Shown: piece by piece, positions 45,895 through 55,188 of the stretch
Layout of the letters: each line of letters begins with the position of its first letter
Position numbering within the stretch: position 1 is the stretch's first letter
DNA from: a virus
Taxonomy: Duplodnaviria; Caudoviricetes
DNA length: 64,000 bases
Direction: 5' to 3' (one strand)
IMG/VR virus record: IMGVR_UViG_2639762779_000001
Coordinates: 1-64,000 of that record
Translations under genes and position numbers: made by a program
Notes under the pieces: model-generated
Seen by the model: only the letters and a program-made list of their open reading frames with translations
Databases searched by the model: none
What the model was told of the DNA's origin: nothing

Positions 45895-47664
45895 ATGCGA
45901 CGTAAGAATCTTGGAGTCACGGCATCGATTTGCGCGGCGGCCATGCTGCTCGCAGGATTGGCCGTAGCCCCCTCTGCTATGGCGGCGGGCGCGACCATCA
46001 CCCTGAACGGGGCCGACGGCAATTCGCTGGCCGGCCACACGTTCAACGTGTACCAGATCGGCACGTACACCGACCAGATCCTGAACGGCACGCAGATTTC
46101 CAGTCTCGGCGTGCGCGGCACCGCGGCAAGCAACGCGTGGGCGGCCGACGCGATCAGCATCGCCAACGCATACGATCCGGGCACGTACGACGACATCGCC
46201 AAGGTGTACGGCTACGATGACGCGGGCAACATCGCCAACATCAAGATGGACTCCCAGACCAGGCAGTTGCGCAACATCAGCAAGGCCCTGTCCCAGTCCC
46301 CGAGGAAGCCGGCCGCCATCCAGGGCGGCGCGAACCTGACGACCACCCAGTCCACGCTGACGATCAACGTGCCCGCCGAAGGCCTCTACTACATCACGGA
46401 CAGCGCGGGCAACCCGATCATGATCGGCACGAAATCCGGCAACGCGAACATCATGAAGAACGACGCGAAGGACCCGCAGTGGCGGACCCTGGGCACCGCG
46501 GTCGTCAAGTCGAAGAGCATGAGGGCCGACAAGAAGGTCCAGGTGCAGCGCAACGGCGCGACGGTGGGCAAGGACGGCACCACCAACGACCCGGTCGGCG
46601 TGACCGTCGGCGACACCGTCACCAACACGGTCGAGGTGACCGTGCCGAACAAGCAGGCCGCCTCCGCCGTCAAGTTCAAGCTCATCGACCAGCCGAAGGG
46701 CCAGACGTACGTGAAGGGCTCGCTGAGCGTCCGCCTGAAGAACGCGCCGCGGACCGACATCACGGCCGACGCGGTCATCTACGACGGGACCACGCAGAAC
46801 AACGCGAAAAGCATCCCCGGCGACCTGGCTTTGAAGACCGCGGACAACAGGCCCGCCGACCCGGATCTCGCCATCCCGCAGGGCGGCTGGGGCATCGACG
46901 GCAGGAACCTTCTCGACAAATACTCCAACAGGACGATCGTCATCACCTACAAAATGACCGTCGACAAGGCGAGCATCACCGACCCGGCGAACAACACCGT
47001 CCACACGTACGGCACGTTCACCGACGGCGTCCGGTTCACCACCATCACCGACCAGGACAAGGTCGACATCAAGGCGTACGACTTCACCTTGCGGAAGGTG
47101 GACGCGGGCAACGTGAACACGCTGCTCGACGGCGCCCAGTTCCAGATCCAGCGTGACGGCAAGTGGATGAATCTCGACTGGAACACCGGCAAATGGTCGG
47201 ATGCGGCCAACCAGGGTTCCGCCACCGTGTTCGTGACCGGCGACACGAACCATGACGGCACGGTCGACAACAGGGACGACGCGGGCCAGAGGGGCCTCAT
47301 CCGGTTCAAGGGCCTCGGCTACGGCACGTACACGGTCGTCGAAACCAGGGAGCCGGCCGGCTACGCCAGCTACGCGAAACCGACGTTCACCGTCACCATC
47401 GACGACGCGGGCACCAGCATCCAGTACAGGGGGACCGGCACCGTGCCGAACCTGACCAGCAGGCTGGACAACAACACCGTGCAGGTGAAGAACGTCGCGA
47501 ACCTGACCCAACTGCCGCAGACGGGCGGCGTGCTCGCGTTCGCGTTCTGGCTGGCCTGCGCCATGCCCCTGTTCGCGATCGGCGGCACCATGGCCGTGCG
47601 CGGCGCGCGCAACCGCCGCGACGCGCTGATGCTCACGCACGACGGCGGCAATCCGGCCGTCTGA
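45895..47664 (+). CDS. sortase-dependent major pilin (SpaH/EbpB-like)
   Basis: Signal peptide, E-box YTVVETREPAGY, LPQTG + TM. Confidence 0.9.
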   Translation: MRRKNLGVTASICAAAMLLAGLAVAPSAMAAGATITLNGADGNSLAGHTFNVYQIGTYTDQILNGTQISSLGVRGTAASNAWAADAISIANAYDPGTYDDIAKVYGYDDAGNIANIKMDSQTRQLRNISKALSQSPRKPAAIQGGANLTTTQSTLTINVPAEGLYYITDSAGNPIMIGTKSGNANIMKNDAKDPQWRTLGTAVVKSKSMRADKKVQVQRNGATVGKDGTTNDPVGVTVGDTVTNTVEVTVPNKQAASAVKFKLIDQPKGQTYVKGSLSVRLKNAPRTDITADAVIYDGTTQNNAKSIPGDLALKTADNRPADPDLAIPQGGWGIDGRNLLDKYSNRTIVITYKMTVDKASITDPANNTVHTYGTFTDGVRFTTITDQDKVDIKAYDFTLRKVDAGNVNTLLDGAQFQIQRDGKWMNLDWNTGKWSDAANQGSATVFVTGDTNHDGTVDNRDDAGQRGLIRFKGLGYGTYTVVETREPAGYASYAKPTFTVTIDDAGTSIQYRGTGTVPNLTSRLDNNTVQVKNVANLTQLPQTGGVLAFAFWLACAMPLFAIGGTMAVRGARNRRDALMLTHDGGNPAV

Positions 47665-47843
47665 CACACGTCCCGGCCCGACTGCGGGTCGGGACCGCCG
47701 GTGGGGCGGGGACGCGTTCTCCCCCCCACCCCACCGGCTTTTCCGTTCGATGATTCTTTTTTTGGCCGGCGACGAGGGGTTTCCCGCCGGCTCGAGCCCA
47801 TTCCTTCGGCGTACGGCACGATGAGGATGAGGGAAGGAAAACA

Positions 47844-50800
47844 ATGCGTACATGGTTGAAACGGATGGTCGCCGGACTGCTGTCGGCGGCCACCCTGGGG
47901 GGCGGCGGGCTCCTGACGGCGGGCACCGCGAACGCGGACGAGATCCGCATGCCCGACATCGGCAAGACCATCACGAGACCGGCGGCATCGACCGCCACGA
48001 CGTATCCAAGGGAGCTCGTCAACGGCGGATTCGACTACCTGCCCGCGGGCGGCTGGAACGCCATCAGCCCCAAGCTGAACACCTCAGGAGGCAGGTTCAC
48101 AAGCGTCGACCCGGTCAACGGGCAGTACATCCGCAACGCGTATGTCACGGACGGGAACGCCGCATGGGTGAAATGGAACGGTTTCGACGCCTCCGAATTC
48201 GGGTGGATCTCCGACCAGAAAGGCGGGAAACCCCAAGGCTTCGTCACCGACCATGCAAACAGCGTCGAATTGCAGCGGGACAACGGCACGGGCAATACGT
48301 ACGCGGAGATCGTCGGCAGCGAAATCGGCAAAAGCATCTATCAGAAGATCGACACGCGGAACAGCACGGACGCCGTGTACACGGTGCGTTTCGACCATGC
48401 GGCACTGAGTTCCGAGCATGCCGACGGGATGCAGGCGCTGGTCAACGGCAAGCCCGTGACCATGACCCGAATCGGCGGCAACAAGGCCGGGGACAAGACC
48501 GGTTGGACGGGTACGGACATCGTCACCCACGCGACCAACACGGATCATTACCGTCATGACGGTCAGTGGGCGACCTACGAGGGCAAGGTCACGATCCCGG
48601 CGAACACGCCTGTCAGCACGTTCACGTTCAGATCGCTGAATGAAGCGAAACCCGACATGGGCAACCTGATCGACAACCTGACGTTCAAGATCGCGTACAG
48701 GCTGAGCTACGACTCGAACGGCGGCACGAAGGCGAAGGCCAGCCAAATCAGTTCCAGGACCGAGGGCAAGGCGTCCGAGACCGACGGCAAGGTGAAGACG
48801 GTGGCGGACGACGCGGCCGGTTCCATCCCGTCCAACGAAACCGCCGGCGCCGTCAAGCAGGCCAAGTCGAAGACCAATGGCAGCGTGCGTCTCGCGGCGG
48901 ATGACGATGTGGCGGAATACGCCGCCAACGGCCTGCCGGACCATCTGGTGAACGGCACGTTCGATTATCGCGGCAACGAGATCATCAACGAGAACCAGAG
49001 GGTCTACGGCCGGCACGACACAACCTACCTCGCCATAATCAGCGCGAAGACCGGCATCATCGGCAACCCGCTGCACAGCAAGCTCGACAACTGGGATTCC
49101 GGCAAGTTCGGCTGGAGATCCAACGACGACACCGCCGGTGCCGACACCGTCGAGGTGCAGCGCCGCAACCACACCCCGTATCCGACCAACGCGGGCAACG
49201 TGTGGGGCGAGATCGCCGCAGCCAAGCGGGGCAAGTACATCTACCAGGACATCGCCACCACGCCCGGCGTCGTGTACAAGTGGAGCCTCAAGCACGCGTC
49301 CCGCAACGCGGACCAGGACGACAGCATGCAGGTCATGATCGGCATGCCCGGAGCCGAGGCCGTGCAGGAGGCAACCCGCACCACTTCCAACGGCACCGAC
49401 AAGGTCGGCGAGAAGTCCACCACGATCACCACGCACGGCACCGCGCAGGACGGCAGATGGGAGACCTATACCGGCGACTACCTCGCCACCTCGACCACGA
49501 CCCGCTTCACGTTCAGGAGCGTCAGGGACTCCAACGGTCAGGGCCTCGACTTCACCGCCGAAGGCAACTGCGTCGACGACCTAAGCTTCGACAAGGCGTA
49601 CAAGCTCTCTTACGACAAGAATTCTTCGGACGCGACCGGCAGCGTGCCATCCAATCAGTACGGCAAGGAGAACACCGTACAGCCCGCCAAGTCCAAGACC
49701 ACGGGCAGTGTCGGACTCGCGGCTGACAAAACCGCTTCCGGCCTGACGGTGCATGATCTGAAGAAGAACGACAAGGGCAAGGTGCCCTCCAATTCGAAGG
49801 CGGATTCCACGCAGCCGGCCGCGTTCAAGGCTCCGGACGCCAAGGCGGAGGCCATCGCCTCCAGGGCCGCGGGTGATGAGCTGGCCGTGAACGGCGGGTT
49901 CGACACCCCGAAGTGGAGCATCGCGAAGGAGGGGCAGGGCCTGCCCTGGATCTACGTGTACTCGGACAAGGGCGTGATCAGCTCCTACTACCAGTACGCG
50001 AACGGGCAGGAGGGCACCAAGATACCGGGCCTGACCACCTCCTCGTTCGTATGGCGGGACGTGGACAACTTCGGCGGACACCAGGCCATGGAACTGCACC
50101 GCGAGAAGGACGGGAACACGGCCGCCGACGTGCACGCGGGCCGTACGGTCGCCCAGACCGTCGCCACGACGCCGGGAGCCGCCTACACGTTCAGCATCCG
50201 CCACTCCGGCCGCAGCAAGGGCAACGCGGGCGGAGTGACATTGCTCACCGGCCCCGACAAGGATCATCTCACCCCGGTCAAACTGACCCGCACCACGGTC
50301 TCCAAGACCGGCCAGAAGTACGGGGACAAGACCGGCGACGTGGGCACCGTCGCCTACACGCACTCCGATTCCGCGGACGCCACGGAAGGCAACCACGACC
50401 CGTGGGACCATTCCGACGACTGGGAATCCTACGAGGGCACGGTCATCATCCCAGCCGGACAATCCCGCACGATGATCGCCTACAGGGGCGTCGCCAAGGA
50501 CGGGAAACTGACGGCATCCGCCAATGACAGCATCATCGACGACCTGAGCTTCCGCCTCTCCTACAGGCTCTCCTATGATGCCAACGGCGGCAACAAGACG
50601 AACACCAGCAAGATCAGCGCATCCTCGAACGGCCGGGTACAGCCGGCCGCCTCCAGGGCGACCATCCCCTCCCATGATCTCGAGGACACGGACGTGCCCG
50701 CCAACTACCGCAACTTCACGTTCGACACCACCAGAACCAGACTGGCCGACGCCAGGTTCGACGCGAACTGGACGACCACACGGGACGACGCCGGCGGCAG

Positions 50801-53800
50801 CATCCACTGGCCGACCAGACTCGGCGCATCCGTCACCCTGCCGGACACCGGCACATGGACGGATCCGAACGGCACGGAACACCGGATCAGCGCGCGCATC
50901 GCGTTGAAACAGTGGAACGGCGGCAACATCGGCCAACTGAACAAGTTCGACGCGAACGGGAAGATCGTCGGAGACGGCCTGTTCTGGATCAACGTCGTCT
51001 ACGACAACAAGCAGCCGCCAGCAAGCGTCCGCAAGACGCTGGGGAACATCGACACGTCGAAACGCGTCGGCTGCCAGTGGACCGTCAGCTTCACATACGC
51101 GGACGGCACGCCCGTGCCCTCCACGTTCAAAGGCGTCACCGGCTTCAACGACCTCGACGGCTTCGACGCGCAGCCCGACCTGAGATTCGAGGGCGTGCAG
51201 CTGCTCTCCGGGTTCGACGGCGCCTACAAGACCCGGGACGCGGAGCTCGCCCCCTACGGGACCAACGGGTACGCGGGCATCAAGCATGATGCGGGCGACG
51301 AGTCGAACCTGAACGGCGCACAGCAGGTCAGACACCGTCTGGCCGCCACATGGACCGGCCCCACGTTCACCTACTCGTACGATCTGCGGAACCCGGCGGG
51401 ACGTGCGGACGGCGTGCGCATGACGTTCGGCATGCCCGTCACCCGCACCCAGATCCTCACCTACAAGGCGAACGGCGGAACCGGCCAAGTGCCCTCGCGC
51501 ACCGAGACGGGCAGGACCGAAACCGCCGCATCCGGGACGGATGGCACGGTCAGGCTTGCGGCCGACAAGAGCGCCGAACCGGAATCCGGAACCATCGCGG
51601 ACGACCGCAGGGTGCTGACCGACACGACCGCCAGACAGGATGACGGGACCAGCCAGCGGACGATCACCCGATCCGACGGTTCCGTGCGCGTGGAGACCAT
51701 CGCCACGACGGGCGCCGTATCCGGCTGCCAGGTCTACTATCCGGCCGGCACCAGGATCACACTGGCGACCGCGAAGATGGACTCCGACTGCTGGGATTCC
51801 AGCCAGATCGGCAAGACCAACCGCACGTTCTACGGGTGGAGCGCGAACACGGACTCCAACGACAGGGACGTGCCCGTCGCCGACACCATGGACCGGAACA
51901 CGCTGGACGCGAACGCCAGGACGGAGATCGTCATGCCCGCCAGGGCGAAGACCGTATACGCATTGTGGGCCATCAACCCCACCCTGTCGTACAACGTGAA
52001 CACGCCCGCCGGATCCAATGCGCCCGGCACGCCCGCAAGCCGGATCGTGCCCTACAACACGGCCGCACCGGATACGAGCGGCTGGCAGACGGGCGACACG
52101 GGCAAGATTCCCGGCTACCGGTTCGACGGCTGGTACACGGCCCCGAACGGCGGAAACAAATACGATTTCAACACGCCGCTCACCAACAACGTGACCGTGT
52201 ACGCGCATTGGATCGGCAACGGGTACACCGTCAGATTCACCGGCAACGGGGCGACCGGCGGCAACACGCCGGACCAGGCGTTCCAATACAACATCGGCCA
52301 GAACCTGCGCCGGAACGGGTTCGTCCGCGACGGGTACACGTTCACCGGGTGGAAGCGCGCCGACAACCAGCAGGCGTACGGCGACGGCCAGTGGGTCACG
52401 AACCTGACCACGCAGCCGAACGGGATTGTCACCATGGTTGCCCAATGGTCGGCCAACGAGGCCCACATCCGCTACAATCCGAACCCGCCCGCGGGCAAGA
52501 CCACGGGAGGCCAGGGCACCCCCAACTGGGATGGCCACACCGGAGACACGCCGACCATCGGCCAGAACGGCTGGACGATCGACGGGTACACGTTCGCCGG
52601 CTGGGCCACCAGCCCGGACGGGAGCGGCGCCAGGTACGCGCCGGGAGCCAGGTGGACGGCGAACGGCACGCTCACCCTGTACGCGCAGTGGACGCCCGGC
52701 CAGGCCAGCCTCACCTACGACGGCAACGGGGCGACTGGCGGCAAGACCGACCCGCAGAACGGGGTCACCGACCAGAAGGTCAACGTGCGCCGGAACGGGT
52801 TCACGCGCGACGGGTACGCGTTCACCGGGTGGAACACGCAGCCGGACGGCAGGGGCCAGGCATGGGCGCCGGACGCGGTCTGGACTTTGCACGGGACCGG
52901 CGTCCTGTACGCGCGATGGCGCGGCAACCAGCAGAGGCTGAACTACCACGGCAACGGCAACACCGGCGGCAACACGGAATCCCAGGACGGCAGGACGGGC
53001 GACGTGCTCGACACGCGCGCCAACGGGTTCACGCGCGACGGATACGAGTTCGTCGAATGGAACACCAGGGCCGACGGCACCGGCGACCACTACGGCAAGG
53101 GCAGCAACGGCGTCGCCAAATGGACCATGCTCCCCGCAGGCAACGACCTGTACGCGATCTGGCAGGCCAACCCCGCCAGCATCCAATACAGGGACGACTG
53201 GGGGGCCACCGGTTCGACGCCCGACACCACGGGCGTCACCGGCCAGGACGTGACCATCGCCCGAAACGGGTTCACCCGCCCCGGCTACACGTTCACCGGC
53301 TGGGCCAGGGACAGGCGCACCAACCCGAGCCTCCAGCCCGGAGGCCGGTACACGCTCACTCCCGGCACCACGACACTGTGGGCCCAATGGAAGGCCGACC
53401 CGGCGCACCTGATCTACAACGCGAACACCGGCTCCACCAGCCAGACCCGCAGGACGGACGGCGTGGTCGACCAGACGCTCACCGTCATCGCCAACCCGTT
53501 CACCCGCCCCGGCTACACGTTCACCGGCTGGAACACGCAGGCCGACGGCAGGGGCAGGGCGTACACGGCGGGCAACGGGTTCAGACTGGCCGCCGACCCG
53601 AAGAGCAACCCGGTCAACACGAGCGTCCTGTACGCGCAGTGGAGGATCAACCGGGTCACCCTGAAGTTCAATCCGAACGGCGGCACCGGCGGATACCCGG
53701 ACCTCACCGTCGACGCGTTCACGACGGTCACCATCCCGGCCGACGCGAAGGAGCCCAAGGTGCAAAGGCCCGGCTTCCGGTTCACCGGCTGGGCCATGAA

Positions 53801-54086
53801 ACCCACGCCCGGCAACGGTGACACGATCCTCAGCCCCGGCAAGGGCACGGTCAGCATGCCCGACCGGGGCAGCATCACCGTGTACGCGCAATGGGCGCCG
53901 GCCATGACCACGCTCCCGTTCACCGGCGGCCACGCCCAGGTGCCGACCATCGGCCTGTACGCGGGCCTCGCGTTCATGATCCTCGCCATGGGCGCGCTCA
54001 TGCCCGTGATCCGGCTGCGCATGGCCGCGGCGCGCAGGGGACGCCACGCCGGCGGCACGGGCACGGCCGGAAGGCATGCCAGGTGA
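47844..54086 (+). CDS. large pilus-associated adhesin with InlB B-repeats
   Basis: Signal peptide; three NGxFD...YQ/TTPG domains; about seven R.GYTF.GW...LYAQW repeats; LPFTG + TM. Confidence 0.92.
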   Translation: MRTWLKRMVAGLLSAATLGGGGLLTAGTANADEIRMPDIGKTITRPAASTATTYPRELVNGGFDYLPAGGWNAISPKLNTSGGRFTSVDPVNGQYIRNAYVTDGNAAWVKWNGFDASEFGWISDQKGGKPQGFVTDHANSVELQRDNGTGNTYAEIVGSEIGKSIYQKIDTRNSTDAVYTVRFDHAALSSEHADGMQALVNGKPVTMTRIGGNKAGDKTGWTGTDIVTHATNTDHYRHDGQWATYEGKVTIPANTPVSTFTFRSLNEAKPDMGNLIDNLTFKIAYRLSYDSNGGTKAKASQISSRTEGKASETDGKVKTVADDAAGSIPSNETAGAVKQAKSKTNGSVRLAADDDVAEYAANGLPDHLVNGTFDYRGNEIINENQRVYGRHDTTYLAIISAKTGIIGNPLHSKLDNWDSGKFGWRSNDDTAGADTVEVQRRNHTPYPTNAGNVWGEIAAAKRGKYIYQDIATTPGVVYKWSLKHASRNADQDDSMQVMIGMPGAEAVQEATRTTSNGTDKVGEKSTTITTHGTAQDGRWETYTGDYLATSTTTRFTFRSVRDSNGQGLDFTAEGNCVDDLSFDKAYKLSYDKNSSDATGSVPSNQYGKENTVQPAKSKTTGSVGLAADKTASGLTVHDLKKNDKGKVPSNSKADSTQPAAFKAPDAKAEAIASRAAGDELAVNGGFDTPKWSIAKEGQGLPWIYVYSDKGVISSYYQYANGQEGTKIPGLTTSSFVWRDVDNFGGHQAMELHREKDGNTAADVHAGRTVAQTVATTPGAAYTFSIRHSGRSKGNAGGVTLLTGPDKDHLTPVKLTRTTVSKTGQKYGDKTGDVGTVAYTHSDSADATEGNHDPWDHSDDWESYEGTVIIPAGQSRTMIAYRGVAKDGKLTASANDSIIDDLSFRLSYRLSYDANGGNKTNTSKISASSNGRVQPAASRATIPSHDLEDTDVPANYRNFTFDTTRTRLADARFDANWTTTRDDAGGSIHWPTRLGASVTLPDTGTWTDPNGTEHRISARIALKQWNGGNIGQLNKFDANGKIVGDGLFWINVVYDNKQPPASVRKTLGNIDTSKRVGCQWTVSFTYADGTPVPSTFKGVTGFNDLDGFDAQPDLRFEGVQLLSGFDGAYKTRDAELAPYGTNGYAGIKHDAGDESNLNGAQQVRHRLAATWTGPTFTYSYDLRNPAGRADGVRMTFGMPVTRTQILTYKANGGTGQVPSRTETGRTETAASGTDGTVRLAADKSAEPESGTIADDRRVLTDTTARQDDGTSQRTITRSDGSVRVETIATTGAVSGCQVYYPAGTRITLATAKMDSDCWDSSQIGKTNRTFYGWSANTDSNDRDVPVADTMDRNTLDANARTEIVMPARAKTVYALWAINPTLSYNVNTPAGSNAPGTPASRIVPYNTAAPDTSGWQTGDTGKIPGYRFDGWYTAPNGGNKYDFNTPLTNNVTVYAHWIGNGYTVRFTGNGATGGNTPDQAFQYNIGQNLRRNGFVRDGYTFTGWKRADNQQAYGDGQWVTNLTTQPNGIVTMVAQWSANEAHIRYNPNPPAGKTTGGQGTPNWDGHTGDTPTIGQNGWTIDGYTFAGWATSPDGSGARYAPGARWTANGTLTLYAQWTPGQASLTYDGNGATGGKTDPQNGVTDQKVNVRRNGFTRDGYAFTGWNTQPDGRGQAWAPDAVWTLHGTGVLYARWRGNQQRLNYHGNGNTGGNTESQDGRTGDVLDTRANGFTRDGYEFVEWNTRADGTGDHYGKGSNGVAKWTMLPAGNDLYAIWQANPASIQYRDDWGATGSTPDTTGVTGQDVTIARNGFTRPGYTFTGWARDRRTNPSLQPGGRYTLTPGTTTLWAQWKADPAHLIYNANTGSTSQTRRTDGVVDQTLTVIANPFTRPGYTFTGWNTQADGRGRAYTAGNGFRLAADPKSNPVNTSVLYAQWRINRVTLKFNPNGGTGGYPDLTVDAFTTVTIPADAKEPKVQRPGFRFTGWAMKPTPGNGDTILSPGKGTVSMPDRGSITVYAQWAPAMTTLPFTGGHAQVPTIGLYAGLAFMILAMGALMPVIRLRMAAARRGRHAGGTGTAGRHAR

Positions 54087-55030
54087 GCATGGGCATGGCC
54101 ACGCCCGACGTGTGGACGGACATCGCGGACGCCGTCCGCGACCGGCGGGACCGTGACAGGCGGGCCCGCCGGCTCCTCGCCCGCGGCCGCATATACGCGG
54201 CCGCGGCCCTCGCCTGCCTGATCATCGGGGGAATCCTCGTCTGCATGCCCCGCATCCAGCAGCTGGTCGGGGATCGGACCGTCGACCGGCAGGCGCGCGG
54301 CGTCAGCCAATCCGCGGCCACGTTCCCCTCATCCAGCCGCCAGGACGCGATCCGCAGCGCCGTCGAATACAATGAGAGGCTCTACCGGAGCGGGCAGCCC
54401 CAAATCGGGGAGCCCGTGTTCGACGGCAAGACCAAGGGCGACTTCCAGGGCGATGACGAATACCGGCGCCAGCTGTCCGTCAACGGGTTGGACGCGATGG
54501 GCGAGCTCCTGATCCCGAAGCTCAGCGTCGACCTGCCCATCATGCACGGAGCCGGCCAGGACGTGCTCGAACACGCCGCCGGCCATCTCGCCGGCACCAG
54601 CCTGCCCGTCGGAGGCAGGAACACGCGCGCCGTGATCACCGGCCATTCGAACCTGAAGGGCGCGACCCTGTTCACCCGGTTGGGCGAACTCGAGAAGGGC
54701 GACCCGTTCTACATCAAGGTCATGGGCAACACCATGGCCTACCGGGTCAGCGACATCCGGATCGTTGCCCCCACGGACACGAAGGCGCTGAGGATCCGGA
54801 AGGGCCGGGACGAGGTCACGCTCCTGACCTGCACCGGCCAGGGCAACACGCTCCGCCTCCTCGTCACCGGGGAACGCAACAGCATGCCCGACCAAGCCCC
54901 GCTGCCCGGCGATGCGCCGGGCGACACGAAGGAGGCGATTCTTATATCAGCCGTCATTACGACTGGCGTTTTGATTGTTGGATTCGTTGTCTGTCGTAAT
55001 CGGTGTGTCTCGGGTAAACACTTGTCCTGA
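54083..55030 (+). CDS. srtC: class C (pilus-polymerising) sortase
   Basis: GHLAGTSLPVGG, ITGHS, TLLTC, RLLVTG; N- and C-terminal TM; GTGA coupling. Confidence 0.95.
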   Translation: MSMGMATPDVWTDIADAVRDRRDRDRRARRLLARGRIYAAAALACLIIGGILVCMPRIQQLVGDRTVDRQARGVSQSAATFPSSSRQDAIRSAVEYNERLYRSGQPQIGEPVFDGKTKGDFQGDDEYRRQLSVNGLDAMGELLIPKLSVDLPIMHGAGQDVLEHAAGHLAGTSLPVGGRNTRAVITGHSNLKGATLFTRLGELEKGDPFYIKVMGNTMAYRVSDIRIVAPTDTKALRIRKGRDEVTLLTCTGQGNTLRLLVTGERNSMPDQAPLPGDAPGDTKEAILISAVITTGVLIVGFVVCRNRCVSGKHLS

Positions 55031-55188
55031 TTGGCTTGTCACTGGTTCAAAACATTTAATATTGCTAATATTTTGTATTACTAATATTTTATGTTACTAT
55101 TTGTTGGTGGAACATATACGCCACGTCTCCAGATGATGCATAAGCTTGAAACCGGAGACACAACCAAGAGAAAAGAGAAACGACTCTC

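Noticed and set aside
52200-53900. Repeated DNA in the adhesin as DGR or shufflon substrate
   Set aside because: In-frame InlB B-repeats explain it; no reverse transcriptase or invertase and no adenine-specific mismatch pattern seen.
49581-54077. 1498-aa minus-strand ORF (also 45847..47853, 55618..56838, 56881..58104, 26325..27566)
   Set aside because: Antisense shadows of high-GC3 genes with clear domains on the opposite strand; no motifs or RBS.
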